Virus record (IMG/VR): IMGVR_UViG_3300028833_000147
DNA from: an uncultured virus (IMG/VR IMGVR_UViG_3300028833_000147)
Taxonomy: Duplodnaviria; Heunggongvirae; Uroviricota; Caudoviricetes
Length of the DNA stretch: 64,000 nt
Direction: 5' to 3' (one strand)
Shown piece by piece: positions 39,591-49,909 of the stretch. Both the position numbers and the translations under genes were made by a program. Numbering within the stretch: position 1 is the stretch's first letter; each line of letters opens with the position of its first letter. A model generated the notes under the pieces. It ran no database searches, had not been told where the DNA came from, and saw only the letters and a program-made list of their open reading frames with translations.

Positions 39591-39921
39591 TTATCCATAC
39601 TTCAAAGGAGATGTCACTGTGGGACTCACATCATCAACACTCCCAAGATGAAGGAGTCCCTATATAAATATTCGGATACACAATTAATACAAGGAGTACT
39701 CAGTAAATCTTATCAAAGGGGGCTTTTCATCGAGAAGCTCAAAGCAAGAGATTGTAAAGTATATCCGAATATTACGCATATGTTAAAGATAAAAGCATTC
39801 TTTAGGGGGAGAGTTCTCCCCCATTAGAATTATATAAGAAAAGGAAGGTTCACATAAAGCATGATCATATCACACTTTATGGAATATTATTCATAAGTAA
39901 ATCAAAAAATAATAAAAAAGA

Positions 39922-39943
39922 AACCGGGGTATGAACCCCGGTT
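39922..39943 (-). terminator. rho-independent terminator
   Basis: AACCGGGGT-atga-ACCCCGGTT with a T-tract on the minus strand. Confidence 0.75.
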
Positions 39944-40123
39944 AATTAAGGAAAAGGTGTGTAGTTATGCTGTACACATGGAAAGAGAGATTGGAGTATT
40001 TGAATACTCCGAGAACAAAAGAAAGATCGGAGACACAATATAATTGTGACCCTACTATGTTGCATATTGGGTTTGAAATTTACAACATAGAATATTACAC
40101 TGGGCCTGACTTTCCCAGGAATA

Positions 40124-40525
40124 TTAATTATTTGTGATTGGATTTGTATTATCTATATGGATACCATTAATCATCAAATCTGCATGAGCATAAAGGAGTT
40201 TTATATCTTTCATTAATTCCTCTTCACTCCATCCAAGATTTTTGAGAAGTATTGTCTTTACTTTGTCTCTCATCTTTTCATTTACAACCTTGATATCCTG
40301 ATACTTTATTAATGCCATTGTATATCCTTTAGCAAAGTTTTCAACGACATCTTGATCAATACCTTGTAAAGGATTATTCTTGTCTGTTTCTAATGATTTA
40401 GGTGATGCCATCATGATATGAGACATTATATGTTCCCAACATTTTTCAGGATTGTCATTACAATATTCGAATGTTGCAAGTAGATGTCTCATCCAAAGCA
40501 ACGTTATTAACTTTTTCCTAGTCAT
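40124..40525 (-). CDS. hypothetical protein
   Basis: 133 aa ORF with an AGGAGG RBS. Confidence 0.7.
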   Translation of the reverse strand: MTRKKLITLLWMRHLLATFEYCNDNPEKCWEHIMSHIMMASPKSLETDKNNPLQGIDQDVVENFAKGYTMALIKYQDIKVVNEKMRDKVKTILLKNLGWSEEELMKDIKLLYAHADLMINGIHIDNTNPITNN

Positions 40526-40535
40526 AACGACCCTC

Positions 40536-41774
40536 CTATCTATTCATTGTAATAGATGCAAGTAACTGTCTTTCTATAGTTGCTGCATCTTCATTGAACT
40601 TTAATGGATTTTCAGTTGGTTGAACAAAGTTTGGTAAATTATAATTATAACCACCACTGTTGTCATTATGCTGAACAGCCATGCTCTTTAAGAACTGATT
40701 CATATTGGATGATACAATTGGATTGATAAGATTGTCATTATTTGAATTGATAAGAGAATAGATGTCATTTGACTTGGTTTTACGACCATGAAGAATTTCA
40801 TAATATTCCTCACCAGCGCCTTCTTTACTCCAATCAAATAATAGTGGCTTGTTCTGATCAATATTATTATTGGATATACCAAATATACTAGAGAATGGTA
40901 TAGCAGATGGATCATAAGAAGTGTTCTTATATTTGATCGCAGTTGACCAAGGTGTATCATAACCCGCTTTGTGTGCAGAAACCATCTGGTTATATGATGC
41001 ATCTCCTTCAACATTATAATCAACATTGATCGGTTTATAATTTGCATTACGCTTCTTATTGATCTTTCTGAGATTATCCTCATCATCAGATCTGTTAAGA
41101 ATCATAACATCGCCGTTCATTACACCCTTTAAGATTTCAGGGTCTCCAATTGGTGTAACTCTGTTGATTATGAGTTTTGGAATAGCACACCAACCAAACT
41201 TGATCTTACCACTATTGAACTGATTTACTGCTTCCTTATAAGACATCCATGGATATTCACCATGACCAGACTTACCCAATGAGAATTCGATTGCATCGAA
41301 TATGATACCCATTGCATTCATATAGTCAGTTTGATTATAATAACAATTCTTGATACCTTTTAATCTCTCATGTATCTCTTTGGTTTCCTTATTTCTGAAT
41401 AGATCTTCATCGGGAGTATTATAAGATTTATTCGGATCCGGTCTTACGATTGATACAGACATCTGTTCACGTATCGTTTTCTTTTGCTCTTCAGATACGT
41501 TTATCACCATGACATCTTTTGTTGAAGCTTTTCTTCTTTCTTTTTCAAGTTTGGCTTTCAACATACGCTGTCTCAACATTACAGATGTTTGATCATCATT
41601 GTGTAATATTGGATCGTCATCATCGAACGTCTCTTCCTCCATCTCCTTTTGAAGAAGTTTTATCTCCTCCATTACGTCATCAGATACAAGGGGTACAATA
41701 CCTGATTGCATCTGAGCCAACAGTTTCTCAAGTTCTTCCTTGGGATACTGATAAACATACTTTTCATCTGACAT
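40536..41774 (-). CDS. hypothetical protein
   Basis: 412 aa ORF with an AAAGGAGG RBS. Confidence 0.8.
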   Translation of the reverse strand: MSDEKYVYQYPKEELEKLLAQMQSGIVPLVSDDVMEEIKLLQKEMEEETFDDDDPILHNDDQTSVMLRQRMLKAKLEKERRKASTKDVMVINVSEEQKKTIREQMSVSIVRPDPNKSYNTPDEDLFRNKETKEIHERLKGIKNCYYNQTDYMNAMGIIFDAIEFSLGKSGHGEYPWMSYKEAVNQFNSGKIKFGWCAIPKLIINRVTPIGDPEILKGVMNGDVMILNRSDDEDNLRKINKKRNANYKPINVDYNVEGDASYNQMVSAHKAGYDTPWSTAIKYKNTSYDPSAIPFSSIFGISNNNIDQNKPLLFDWSKEGAGEEYYEILHGRKTKSNDIYSLINSNNDNLINPIVSSNMNQFLKSMAVQHNDNSGGYNYNLPNFVQPTENPLKFNEDAATIERQLLASITMNR

Positions 41775-41820
41775 GACGAAACCCTCCTTTGATTATTTCA
41801 TAATAAACATATATGTTTGA

Positions 41821-42219
41821 TCATAACAAATGCTCGATTCTGGCATCTTCGAAGCATTCCTGGATTGGTATAACATCACCATATTGATCACATATTTCTC
41901 TGACTTTTATACACACATTGGCACTGTTATTCATATACTGATACCAACCAAATATGTTCTTTGACACAAATCTGAAATCAGCATTACGGTATGTATGTTC
42001 GTACCATTCATCAACAGACCCTTTTCCTTTGTTATTCCTATCGAACATATATGATTTGAATCTGATGATTGCATCATCATGTGATAAAGCTGACAGAATG
42101 ATTGCACCGAAACCGGTGCAATCATCATAATCATACTTAATCACATACCACTTCATTTCCTCCATCGGTTTCTGCAGTATGTTCATTTTCTTCACCTTCC
42201 TCTTTATTGTCATCAACAT
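41821..42219 (-). CDS. hypothetical protein
   Basis: 132 aa track ORF; true start is probably internal (MNILQ or MKWY). Confidence 0.6.
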   Translation of the reverse strand: MLMTIKRKVKKMNILQKPMEEMKWYVIKYDYDDCTGFGAIILSALSHDDAIIRFKSYMFDRNNKGKGSVDEWYEHTYRNADFRFVSKNIFGWYQYMNNSANVCIKVREICDQYGDVIPIQECFEDARIEHLL

Positions 42220-42394
42220 CGGAAGATAATACTTCCTCTAAGGCATCCTTTAACATCATAGCTTCTATCATATTTTTGGTTCGCTCTGATAACTCTGGAG
42301 CGTTATTATATATTTCTCCATGTGGTCCTATGGTGTATTTGCCTACATTAGTTTTCTTGCGTACTTTCATTAGACATATCCTCCTCATAATCAT
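42137..42394 (-). CDS. small hypothetical protein
   Basis: Overlapping ORF in the leftward run; likely start MKVRKK. Confidence 0.5.
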   Translation of the reverse strand: MIMRRICLMKVRKKTNVGKYTIGPHGEIYNNAPELSERTKNMIEAMMLKDALEEVLSSDVDDNKEEGEENEHTAETDGGNEVVCD

Positions 42395-42650
42395 TTAACA
42401 CGATACGGTTTATTCGTATCATTAATATTACTTTGTATGACATAGTTTTATTAAAAACATGAACATACTTTTCGACCAAAGATTCATCAGATTCTCTATC
42501 TGACATTCTTCTTGCTAATTTACATCCCCTATGTTTTCGTAGAATATAATTCCTACATTCTTCAAGATCTGAAGATGCAAATGCATAAGTCTTTTTCTTG
42601 GTCATTAAGTTTTCAATTGTAACTACATATCTTGTATCATCGTTATTCAT
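42348..42650 (-). CDS. hypothetical protein
   Basis: 100 aa ORF with an AAAGGAG RBS. Confidence 0.65.
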   Translation of the reverse strand: MNNDDTRYVVTIENLMTKKKTYAFASSDLEECRNYILRKHRGCKLARRMSDRESDESLVEKYVHVFNKTMSYKVILMIRINRIVLNDYEEDMSNESTQEN

Positions 42651-42748
42651 TCCTTTAACTCCTTTTCTGTTTTATCTATATTATATATACCCCCGTCTTT
42701 TTAATTATGTATATTTTTTAAAATAAGAAAAATAGAAATGTATATATT

Positions 42749-42762
42749 AAACCGAATCATAA
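42749..42762 (+). promoter_or_regulatory. putative late promoter
   Basis: AAACC-GAATCA-TAA. Confidence 0.55.
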
Positions 42763-42788
42763 GTGTATTTATACATTAATTTCACAAT

Positions 42789-44093
42789 ATGAAAGTAGAG
42801 GTGAATATAAATATGTCAGGATTAGTATATGATGAACAAGCACTCATAGATCAGAGTGTGTATAAATATGATGAGTTTTTACATTCCAGAATAAATAAGT
42901 ATACAGGCGCTGGAAGAATCACTGTAACATATTTCAACATAAATGATCAGTTCACAACTGATTCTCTTGGATTGAATACTCATTATCAGATACTCGGTCC
43001 GGATTCTCCTTTAAGATATGATAAAATTGAGAAGTTCCCTATGTTGGGAATGTCTCCTTTGCAGACAGAGGACAAACAAGCATCAACTACCAATGTCAGA
43101 GATCTATCAACATCGGGTGAAGCATTCATTATTCCGGGCACAATAATGCCAAAGGAAAATGATTTCTTTATTGTAAATCATTTAAAGATGAATCATCTTC
43201 TTCGTGTCACACAGGTATCACAAGATAGCTTTAATACTGATGGATCATATAAGATAAACTATGATCTATTTTCAACAAATCCAAATGATTTGGAGATGTT
43301 GAACCATCAAACTGTTAAAGAATATGTGGTTGACTTTAAAACAGTTGGTGGTACTGATCTTACCCCAGTTATTGGTAAAGAAGATTACAATCACAGATCT
43401 CGTCTGATAAAGATGGTTGATGATATGGTTGAGAATTACGTTGCAAGATTCTATGATCATACTCACAATTGTTTTATATTACATCTTAATGGAAGATCAT
43501 TATTTGATCCATGTGGAAACATGTTTATGGCTAAACATGGCATTATGATTAATGATCGTAAGAACGGTAATATCGTTTTAAAAGAAAACAAAATCAATGA
43601 TCCTCGTCTTGACATGTTCTACCAGAAATCTGTTTATAAATGGATTGAACGTGATGCGCCATTGAGATATCTGGAATCATTTAAGTTCAGATCATTAAAG
43701 GGATGGGATTATCCTGATTCATCGTTTGCCATGTATGGTACGGATGTAGATGTTATCATACCGGTGGATGCATGGTGCGAATCGGATTATTGTATGAAAT
43801 TATTCCCTGATGATCTTGTGATGATACTCGATGAAGATGTGGATACTCGTGCATGTAAGGTTGCTGATTGTAAATGTTGTAATAAAAAGGCAACATGTCC
43901 TAGACATTATAAATGTCAAAGATACGACTATGTTTCCATTATTCATGATTACATTCATGGATATCTTACAAGTATCGATAAACTATCTCTCTATACTGGT
44001 GACCAGTTATTTGATAATGCCAATAGAGAAGAAATTTTCTTATGGTCACCAATCATCATATATATCATTAAGCAAGTGCTTAAAATACAATAA
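42789..44093 (+). CDS. conserved jumbo-phage virion structural protein
   Basis: VTYFNIN...SPLRYDKI...IIPGTIMPKENDFF...RVTQV resembles structural proteins of AR9-like phages as I recall them; Cys-rich insert near the C-terminus. Likely start 42813. Confidence 0.6.
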   Translation: MKVEVNINMSGLVYDEQALIDQSVYKYDEFLHSRINKYTGAGRITVTYFNINDQFTTDSLGLNTHYQILGPDSPLRYDKIEKFPMLGMSPLQTEDKQASTTNVRDLSTSGEAFIIPGTIMPKENDFFIVNHLKMNHLLRVTQVSQDSFNTDGSYKINYDLFSTNPNDLEMLNHQTVKEYVVDFKTVGGTDLTPVIGKEDYNHRSRLIKMVDDMVENYVARFYDHTHNCFILHLNGRSLFDPCGNMFMAKHGIMINDRKNGNIVLKENKINDPRLDMFYQKSVYKWIERDAPLRYLESFKFRSLKGWDYPDSSFAMYGTDVDVIIPVDAWCESDYCMKLFPDDLVMILDEDVDTRACKVADCKCCNKKATCPRHYKCQRYDYVSIIHDYIHGYLTSIDKLSLYTGDQLFDNANREEIFLWSPIIIYIIKQVLKIQ

Positions 44094-44107
44094 AGGAGGT
44101 AGATATC

Positions 44108-45469
44108 ATGGAATATGTCTTAGAAACTGCTATATTCGATGAAATTACATTCGCGAAAAATGAAGCAGTGTTAGATGTAATAGATGCTCTTGTTGTTGAA
44201 TACGACAAGATGGACTACATCATGTCACATACAGATTGTTCGGATGAATTCTCTATCGTTCAGGAATCCTTCACAAAACCGAAGAAGGATGAAGGTACTG
44301 TTACCAAAATAGCATTAGCTGTACCAAGGGCAATATATGCACTCATAAAAGCAATCGTCGATGGTTTCAAGAATGCCTTTGGTAAAAAAGAGAGCTTTAT
44401 GACTCCTGAACGTATAGATCAGTCATTCAAGATCGTAAATAATCTCACAAAGGATAAAGAATTCATGAAACTTGCATGTGGTGTAGTCGTTGGTACTTTT
44501 GCATATATTAAACTTTTCTGCAAAAATAAACATGAACAGTTTGTAGAAGCCAGGAATGAAAGGGCTGAAATGAAAACTAAGAAATTCAACGCTGCATTTG
44601 ATTTTGAGAATAATCGTAGAAAAGCCATTGACAACGTAAATAAAATGTTTGCATTTTATGTTAATGAGGATGACACAGTTGGTCTGGTAATGTTCGTAGA
44701 TCTTCATAAGTTGAAAGGAAAAGTTATTGATGACTTTCTTAGAGGTATCGAAGATCATATTGGGGCTTACTGTAGACAGGCATCGACATGTAAAACACCA
44801 GCAGATTTTGATAAGATTATGGAGAATGCACTGTATGATGTAGATCACAATGATGGTCTTTTCAAGGCGATGGGTTTCGTCGATACTATAGTACCAAAGG
44901 ATTATACTTTCAAAGAGTATGAATCATGCATGAAAAAGTTTATGGAAGCAAACTTTTCAAACAGTATAAGTGACATATGTACTAATATCAATCGGATGAT
45001 TTGTTCAACCTATAAAGCTTTTGAAAGTAAAGTTGAAGAGGCTGATAAAAAAGAAGAGAAGCTCACTGAAAGAGCTGACAACAAGTATGGAACTAAAATA
45101 CAGAAAATTCTTGAATCTCGTATGACATTCCTCAAAGAATGGCTCGTTTTATTGAATAAAACTATAAATACTGCTATTGAAGAATACAACAAGACCATGA
45201 AAGATAAAGTTGAAAAATTATCACCAACAACAAATGGTGGTGAAGAACTTGATGAGTGGACAACACAGCAATGGATGGCAGACAAATCTGAAAAGGATGA
45301 AGTCAGAAACAAGGCCAAGAAACTGAAAGATTCATCAAAGGATGAAAAGCCTGAAGAAGCTTCCAAGGAAAACAAGGAAGAAGCAAAGGAAGAAAAGTCC
45401 ACTGAAAAAGAGTCTCCTGAAGAGAAGAAGGATAATAATAAAAAAGAAGAAAAGGAGAGTGATGATTGA
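44108..45469 (+). CDS. putative internal head protein, paralog of 27762..29081
   Basis: Acidic N-terminus ending IVQES, then VPRAIYALIKAI; K/E-rich tail. Confidence 0.6.
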   Translation: MEYVLETAIFDEITFAKNEAVLDVIDALVVEYDKMDYIMSHTDCSDEFSIVQESFTKPKKDEGTVTKIALAVPRAIYALIKAIVDGFKNAFGKKESFMTPERIDQSFKIVNNLTKDKEFMKLACGVVVGTFAYIKLFCKNKHEQFVEARNERAEMKTKKFNAAFDFENNRRKAIDNVNKMFAFYVNEDDTVGLVMFVDLHKLKGKVIDDFLRGIEDHIGAYCRQASTCKTPADFDKIMENALYDVDHNDGLFKAMGFVDTIVPKDYTFKEYESCMKKFMEANFSNSISDICTNINRMICSTYKAFESKVEEADKKEEKLTERADNKYGTKIQKILESRMTFLKEWLVLLNKTINTAIEEYNKTMKDKVEKLSPTTNGGEELDEWTTQQWMADKSEKDEVRNKAKKLKDSSKDEKPEEASKENKEEAKEEKSTEKESPEEKKDNNKKEEKESDD

Positions 45470-47703
45470 TGAACACCACTAACTGCAATTGCTGTGGATT
45501 TGTTGTTAATACAGATCCTTGTAAATGTAACGTGATACCGCCAGAGTATCCGTACAACAGACCTGCACGTGATTCATACACGTTCTGTTGCTGTGGTGGA
45601 ACAACACCACCAATCAATCAATACCCGTCATCCGGTCCATTCGTTGGTTCCGCATTTATGATGAATGATGGTAATCCATTCCTCATGGATTCTACACAGA
45701 TGACATATGGTACAGTACTTTCATATTCAGAAAGTGTTTACACCCATATCTCGAAACGTGATGATTTATCTTGTATAAATCTTTCGGGTGTTATTGATAT
45801 GACTGATACTTCTCTGACAAATACTGTTAGAAATGATTTTCTTAAACAGTATATATCCAGAAAGTATGAGGAACTTTCAGGTGTTCTTCCTATCGTGAAG
45901 ACAACAATGAAGTTCCGTATCTATTACACCATCAGAGATATATACGGTGGAACAATGCAGCAGAATCACTGTGACACAAACGTTACAGATTCTAAGTTCC
46001 ACTTCACTGATATTCGTGATAGATATGTTCAGTCTGCAAAGGGTCTTGTTATAGACAATATCCCTGCTATTACATATCAGGGTCTCTATAATATAACCAT
46101 TGACAGAGTGGATTTGATCATGGGTTATATTGATACTAAGGAACATTTGGTTGATGCAATGAATCCTTTCTATCAGTTCACTGATAACAATCAGAAGATA
46201 ACTCTTCAGAGTGATACGATTAAGAATACTCTTCCTGATAACGAGCTTGTTGTTGCAACATGTGATATCAATAAGTCATTTGACTATCAGGCCAATGTAA
46301 CAAACAGACTCAGATTCACATTCACTGCATTTACTTCACTGCCGATAGCTTGTGGTGATACAATGGGTATCTGGAATGCTCTTAATGAACCAACAGATGC
46401 TGTTATCACTCAGCTCAGAAATGAAGTTACTGCAATGGAAGAAGAAATACGTCTTCTTCATGAAAAGGATCAGGAACAGGATACAAGAATCGAAGCACTT
46501 GAAGGTCAGGTTGAACTCAATAAGAACAACATTGCTTCATTGACAGCAAGAGTTACAACCCTCGAAGCAGCAAATACTGCCAAGGATAATATCATTGCTG
46601 ATATTATTGCACGTCTTGAAGCACTCGAGTCAATTCATCGTGCTCTTGTACATTATGAAGCAGGAAAACAATTCTATCAGGCACAGCTTACATGGAGAAA
46701 ACATGGTGAACTCTTCCAGGCAACTAAGGACTTTGTTGCAAATGGTTCATTTGATGTTGATCTCGCAAATGGAAATCTGGTTCCCGTGCAGGCTGGTGAA
46801 ATCGATATGTCTGCTATCATCGAGAGAATCGATACTGTTGAACAGACTGCAAATGATGCTGATTCAACTGCAACTGCAGCAGCTGAAGCTATCGATGGAA
46901 TGGCAGAGCAGCTTGGCTCACTCGATGAAAGAGTTACTGAGTTGGAAGACAAATCCCTTGAAAAGAACAAGGTTGTTGTAAAGAATCTTGATACAGGTGA
47001 AAAGCAGTATGTTAACTCATATGGTGCTGCCGCTACAATTCTGAAGGAAGATCTCGATGGAGAATATAAGGTATATCCCGGTGAAGGATATGCACAAAGT
47101 ACTCTTACAGCAAATACATTCGAGGATGTTTCTTCACTGAAGGAAATAGAATTCCCTGAAAGCATGACATCAATTGGTAATTCAGCATTCAAGGGTTCTG
47201 GTATCAGAAGTCTGCATATTCCATCACATATTACATCTAGTGGATCTAATATTTGTAATGGTTGTACCGATATAACATCGGTTACCATTGAATCACCAAA
47301 TATTGTTATCCAGAATGGTTCATTCCAGAACTGTACGAACCTTGCAACTATCAATATCATATCTGCATATAAGCTCATGACAGCAGTATTTGCCAAAACG
47401 GCAATAACAAGTATCGTACTTCCCGACACATTGGAGATGATGGATACAGCAGCATTCAATGCTTGTCCTAATCTTGAATATGTTGAGGTTAAATCAGGCT
47501 CTATAGGAGATCATTGCTTTGGTTCGTGTCCTAATCTTAAGACAGTTAGACTTCAGCGTAATGTAACAACTATAGCTGATTCTGGATTCGGCGATGGTAA
47601 TGATGGTATTACGTTCAATATTGCAAAGGTGACAAACGGTATCTCTGGTTCACCATGGGGTTGTACAAATGCAACTGTAAATTGGGCCGTATGGGATACT
47701 TAA
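45466..47703 (+). CDS. virion protein with coiled-coil stalk and C-terminal BspA-type leucine-rich repeats (LRR_5)
   Basis: Cys-rich N-terminus, heptad repeats (RIEALEGQV...RVTTLEAAN) and repeats such as SIGNSAFKGSGIRSLHIP and MDTAAFNACPNLEYV. Confidence 0.75.
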   Translation: MMNTTNCNCCGFVVNTDPCKCNVIPPEYPYNRPARDSYTFCCCGGTTPPINQYPSSGPFVGSAFMMNDGNPFLMDSTQMTYGTVLSYSESVYTHISKRDDLSCINLSGVIDMTDTSLTNTVRNDFLKQYISRKYEELSGVLPIVKTTMKFRIYYTIRDIYGGTMQQNHCDTNVTDSKFHFTDIRDRYVQSAKGLVIDNIPAITYQGLYNITIDRVDLIMGYIDTKEHLVDAMNPFYQFTDNNQKITLQSDTIKNTLPDNELVVATCDINKSFDYQANVTNRLRFTFTAFTSLPIACGDTMGIWNALNEPTDAVITQLRNEVTAMEEEIRLLHEKDQEQDTRIEALEGQVELNKNNIASLTARVTTLEAANTAKDNIIADIIARLEALESIHRALVHYEAGKQFYQAQLTWRKHGELFQATKDFVANGSFDVDLANGNLVPVQAGEIDMSAIIERIDTVEQTANDADSTATAAAEAIDGMAEQLGSLDERVTELEDKSLEKNKVVVKNLDTGEKQYVNSYGAAATILKEDLDGEYKVYPGEGYAQSTLTANTFEDVSSLKEIEFPESMTSIGNSAFKGSGIRSLHIPSHITSSGSNICNGCTDITSVTIESPNIVIQNGSFQNCTNLATINIISAYKLMTAVFAKTAITSIVLPDTLEMMDTAAFNACPNLEYVEVKSGSIGDHCFGSCPNLKTVRLQRNVTTIADSGFGDGNDGITFNIAKVTNGISGSPWGCTNATVNWAVWDT

Positions 47704-47730
47704 AATCAAATTAAAAAGGAGAAATGAATT

Positions 47731-48114
47731 ATGAAGCCTACAATTGAAGAAAGAATGCAACGTCAGATAGGTCTTACAACAAAATACAATGAGTTGTTCG
47801 ACATTATCGTTACAACTGTTGAGACATCAATGGAAGTTACTGCAACAAATCCCGCTGAAAATCAGTGGGATGCAACAACTGAGTTGGTTGGTGTAAATGT
47901 TATATGTAATGACACCCAGTACAACACAATCACTGTATATGTCAATGATATAGCAGCAACAATGAATCCTCAGATCGGTGTAGTCAATATTGGTATTGAC
48001 GGCGGTATCGATGAGTCACTGCATAACGTTCCTCGTGCTATACGTAGAACAGTTACTGGACTCATAGATGATATATACGATGCAGTAGATGCATGGATAA
48101 ACGATAATGAGTAA
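47731..48114 (+). CDS. hypothetical protein
   Basis: 127 aa ORF with an AAAGGAG RBS, last gene of the operon. Confidence 0.75.
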   Translation: MKPTIEERMQRQIGLTTKYNELFDIIVTTVETSMEVTATNPAENQWDATTELVGVNVICNDTQYNTITVYVNDIAATMNPQIGVVNIGIDGGIDESLHNVPRAIRRTVTGLIDDIYDAVDAWINDNE

Positions 48115-48121
48115 TAAAAAA

Positions 48122-48152
48122 AAATATGGGGGCCGCAATGGCCCCCATATTT
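48122..48152. terminator. bidirectional terminator
   Basis: AAATATGGGGGCC-gcaat-GGCCCCCATATTT. Confidence 0.85.
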
Positions 48153-48155
48153 CTA

Positions 48156-48545
48156 TTAATTTTCCATTGCTTTGATTACGTCATCGATTGAATGATATAG
48201 AGTAAATTTCTTAGTTCCACATATGCTTATAATTGTATATGCGCTATTCTCCATAGCAGAAATACATTTTACATATTTCTTATTTACGAACAGCGTATAA
48301 AAATAGCCATCATCTGTTTTTGCATTGAATCGTATTAAATCATTTCCCACGATTTTTTCTATTGATTCGGGGTCAATGATTATCATTTTTAAATAGAATG
48401 GATCTTCTTCTTCTGTATGGATAACCAATGTTGTTTCCATTTTATCGGTGTCTGCACGTGTGCATATACACGCTATTCTGTCAGACGGTACGGCAACTGT
48501 CCGATTGCCAAAGGTTCCATGTTCGTTAAATATATACATTTTCAT
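48156..48545 (-). CDS. hypothetical protein
   Basis: 129 aa ORF with an AAAGGAGG RBS. Confidence 0.7.
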   Translation of the reverse strand: MKMYIFNEHGTFGNRTVAVPSDRIACICTRADTDKMETTLVIHTEEEDPFYLKMIIIDPESIEKIVGNDLIRFNAKTDDGYFYTLFVNKKYVKCISAMENSAYTIISICGTKKFTLYHSIDDVIKAMEN

Positions 48546-48546
48546 A

Positions 48547-48891
48547 TTAATCCTCCTTTGGAATTATTGGATGCTGCACCAACAGATGCTTGGCTGAAAG
48601 AAACATCTGTTTTGGATAATATGCTTCATCAACTCTTTCGGACCATTTTTCTTCTGAGGAGTGAAGGAAGAACCAATGAACATAACTCCGTACATTGAGT
48701 TTATAGTCCGGCTTTGGAGTGATTCCTGAATACGAAATTTTTCTCCAAATATGCCGAGCTATTTTATTTGCACAATAATTAAAACCGGTACGTTTAGCGC
48801 CGAGCCAATTGTGTTTCTTTTTAATTCTTTTATTCATATTAACCCTCCCCATCTGGGAATGTATCCCAATAACGTTTCTTAAAAGACTCAA
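48547..48891 (-). CDS. basic hypothetical protein
   Basis: Likely start MNKRIKKK after GGGAGG. Confidence 0.6.
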   Translation of the reverse strand: MSLLRNVIGIHSQMGRVNMNKRIKKKHNWLGAKRTGFNYCANKIARHIWRKISYSGITPKPDYKLNVRSYVHWFFLHSSEEKWSERVDEAYYPKQMFLSAKHLLVQHPIIPKED

Positions 48892-49246
48892 TGTCTTCCT
48901 GATGATACTCTACTCTATTGAGATCGATATCCATCTTTTTGAGATTCTCTTTGAATTCGTCGGATGTGAGTTTCTTACCAAACATTTCTGATGTTGAAGA
49001 AAACATCACAACCTTTTCGAATACTCTTTTACAGAATTCTTCATCCATACCTTCTGCAACTAATGCGGAAAAGAACAGTGTGAAATCATATTCACGGATG
49101 TTCTCACCCGCTGTTTGTCTGAATTCAGAGAAGAGATTGTATTCCATCTCAAGAGTCTGATCAGTCACCTGCTTTTCAAACTCTTTCTTCAGGTTATCCA
49201 AACATCTTTTGCATTTTGTTTCTTTGTGTGTTTTCAAAGCATTCAT
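48839..49246 (-). CDS. hypothetical protein
   Basis: 135 aa ORF with a GGAGG RBS. Confidence 0.75.
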   Translation of the reverse strand: MNALKTHKETKCKRCLDNLKKEFEKQVTDQTLEMEYNLFSEFRQTAGENIREYDFTLFFSALVAEGMDEEFCKRVFEKVVMFSSTSEMFGKKLTSDEFKENLKKMDIDLNRVEYHQEDIESFKKRYWDTFPDGEG

Positions 49247-49276
49247 TTTATTTAACCTCCATCGTTTTATTATTTC

Positions 49277-49546
49277 TTAATCGTAACATTCACATGAATT
49301 TGATGCATATCTTACTACAGGACGCCCAAAGAGTCTCTTTATTTCATCCTGTAACTGAAGAATCTGGTTGAATAACAGTTCCTGCTCGAAAATTGAATCA
49401 GTTCTATAATACTTGTACATTAACCGATTCCGTTTCTTATATGCGTTATACAAGGCCTTCCAATTCGTATCACCCTTGAATTTATGCATACCCAGGACTG
49501 AGTTTCCATAATCCTTCATTATCTTCTTTTTATTCCGTGTTTTCAT
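49277..49546 (-). CDS. hypothetical protein
   Basis: 89 aa ORF with a GGGGG RBS. Confidence 0.65.
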   Translation of the reverse strand: MKTRNKKKIMKDYGNSVLGMHKFKGDTNWKALYNAYKKRNRLMYKYYRTDSIFEQELLFNQILQLQDEIKRLFGRPVVRYASNSCECYD

Positions 49547-49594
49547 TGTTCACATCCCCCTTATGATTCGACCCACCATGTTTTGCATCCTTTG

Positions 49595-49909
49595 TCATTC
49601 TAATACCTCCAATTCAAAACATTCCATATTACATATGATATCATTGAATGTGAATCTAATATCTGACATACGATTCATCTCTCGATCATTTACGATTATA
49701 ATGATATAATCCTTGTTTCCACCGGCACCATAGACAAATGTACCTGTTCCTGAAATCCTGGATCCACACCACATTTTGATTTTGAACCGTACGACTCTAC
49801 ACAATAAGCTCTCAAGTATATCGGTTCTTATTGTGAACCCACCCCATCCATTGTGTTCAATGAAAGGCTTCTCTTCACCTTTGTTGATTATAACATACTG
49901 ATGATTCAT
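49595..49909 (-). CDS. hypothetical protein
   Basis: 104 aa ORF with an ATGA overlap to the upstream gene. Confidence 0.65.
   Translation of the reverse strand: MNHQYVIINKGEEKPFIEHNGWGGFTIRTDILESLLCRVVRFKIKMWCGSRISGTGTFVYGAGGNKDYIIIIVNDREMNRMSDIRFTFNDIICNMECFELEVLE

Noticed and set aside
19109..47459. Long antisense ORFs such as 19109..19678 and 46677..47459
   Set aside because: These are shadow frames of well-supported plus-strand genes with biased codon usage.
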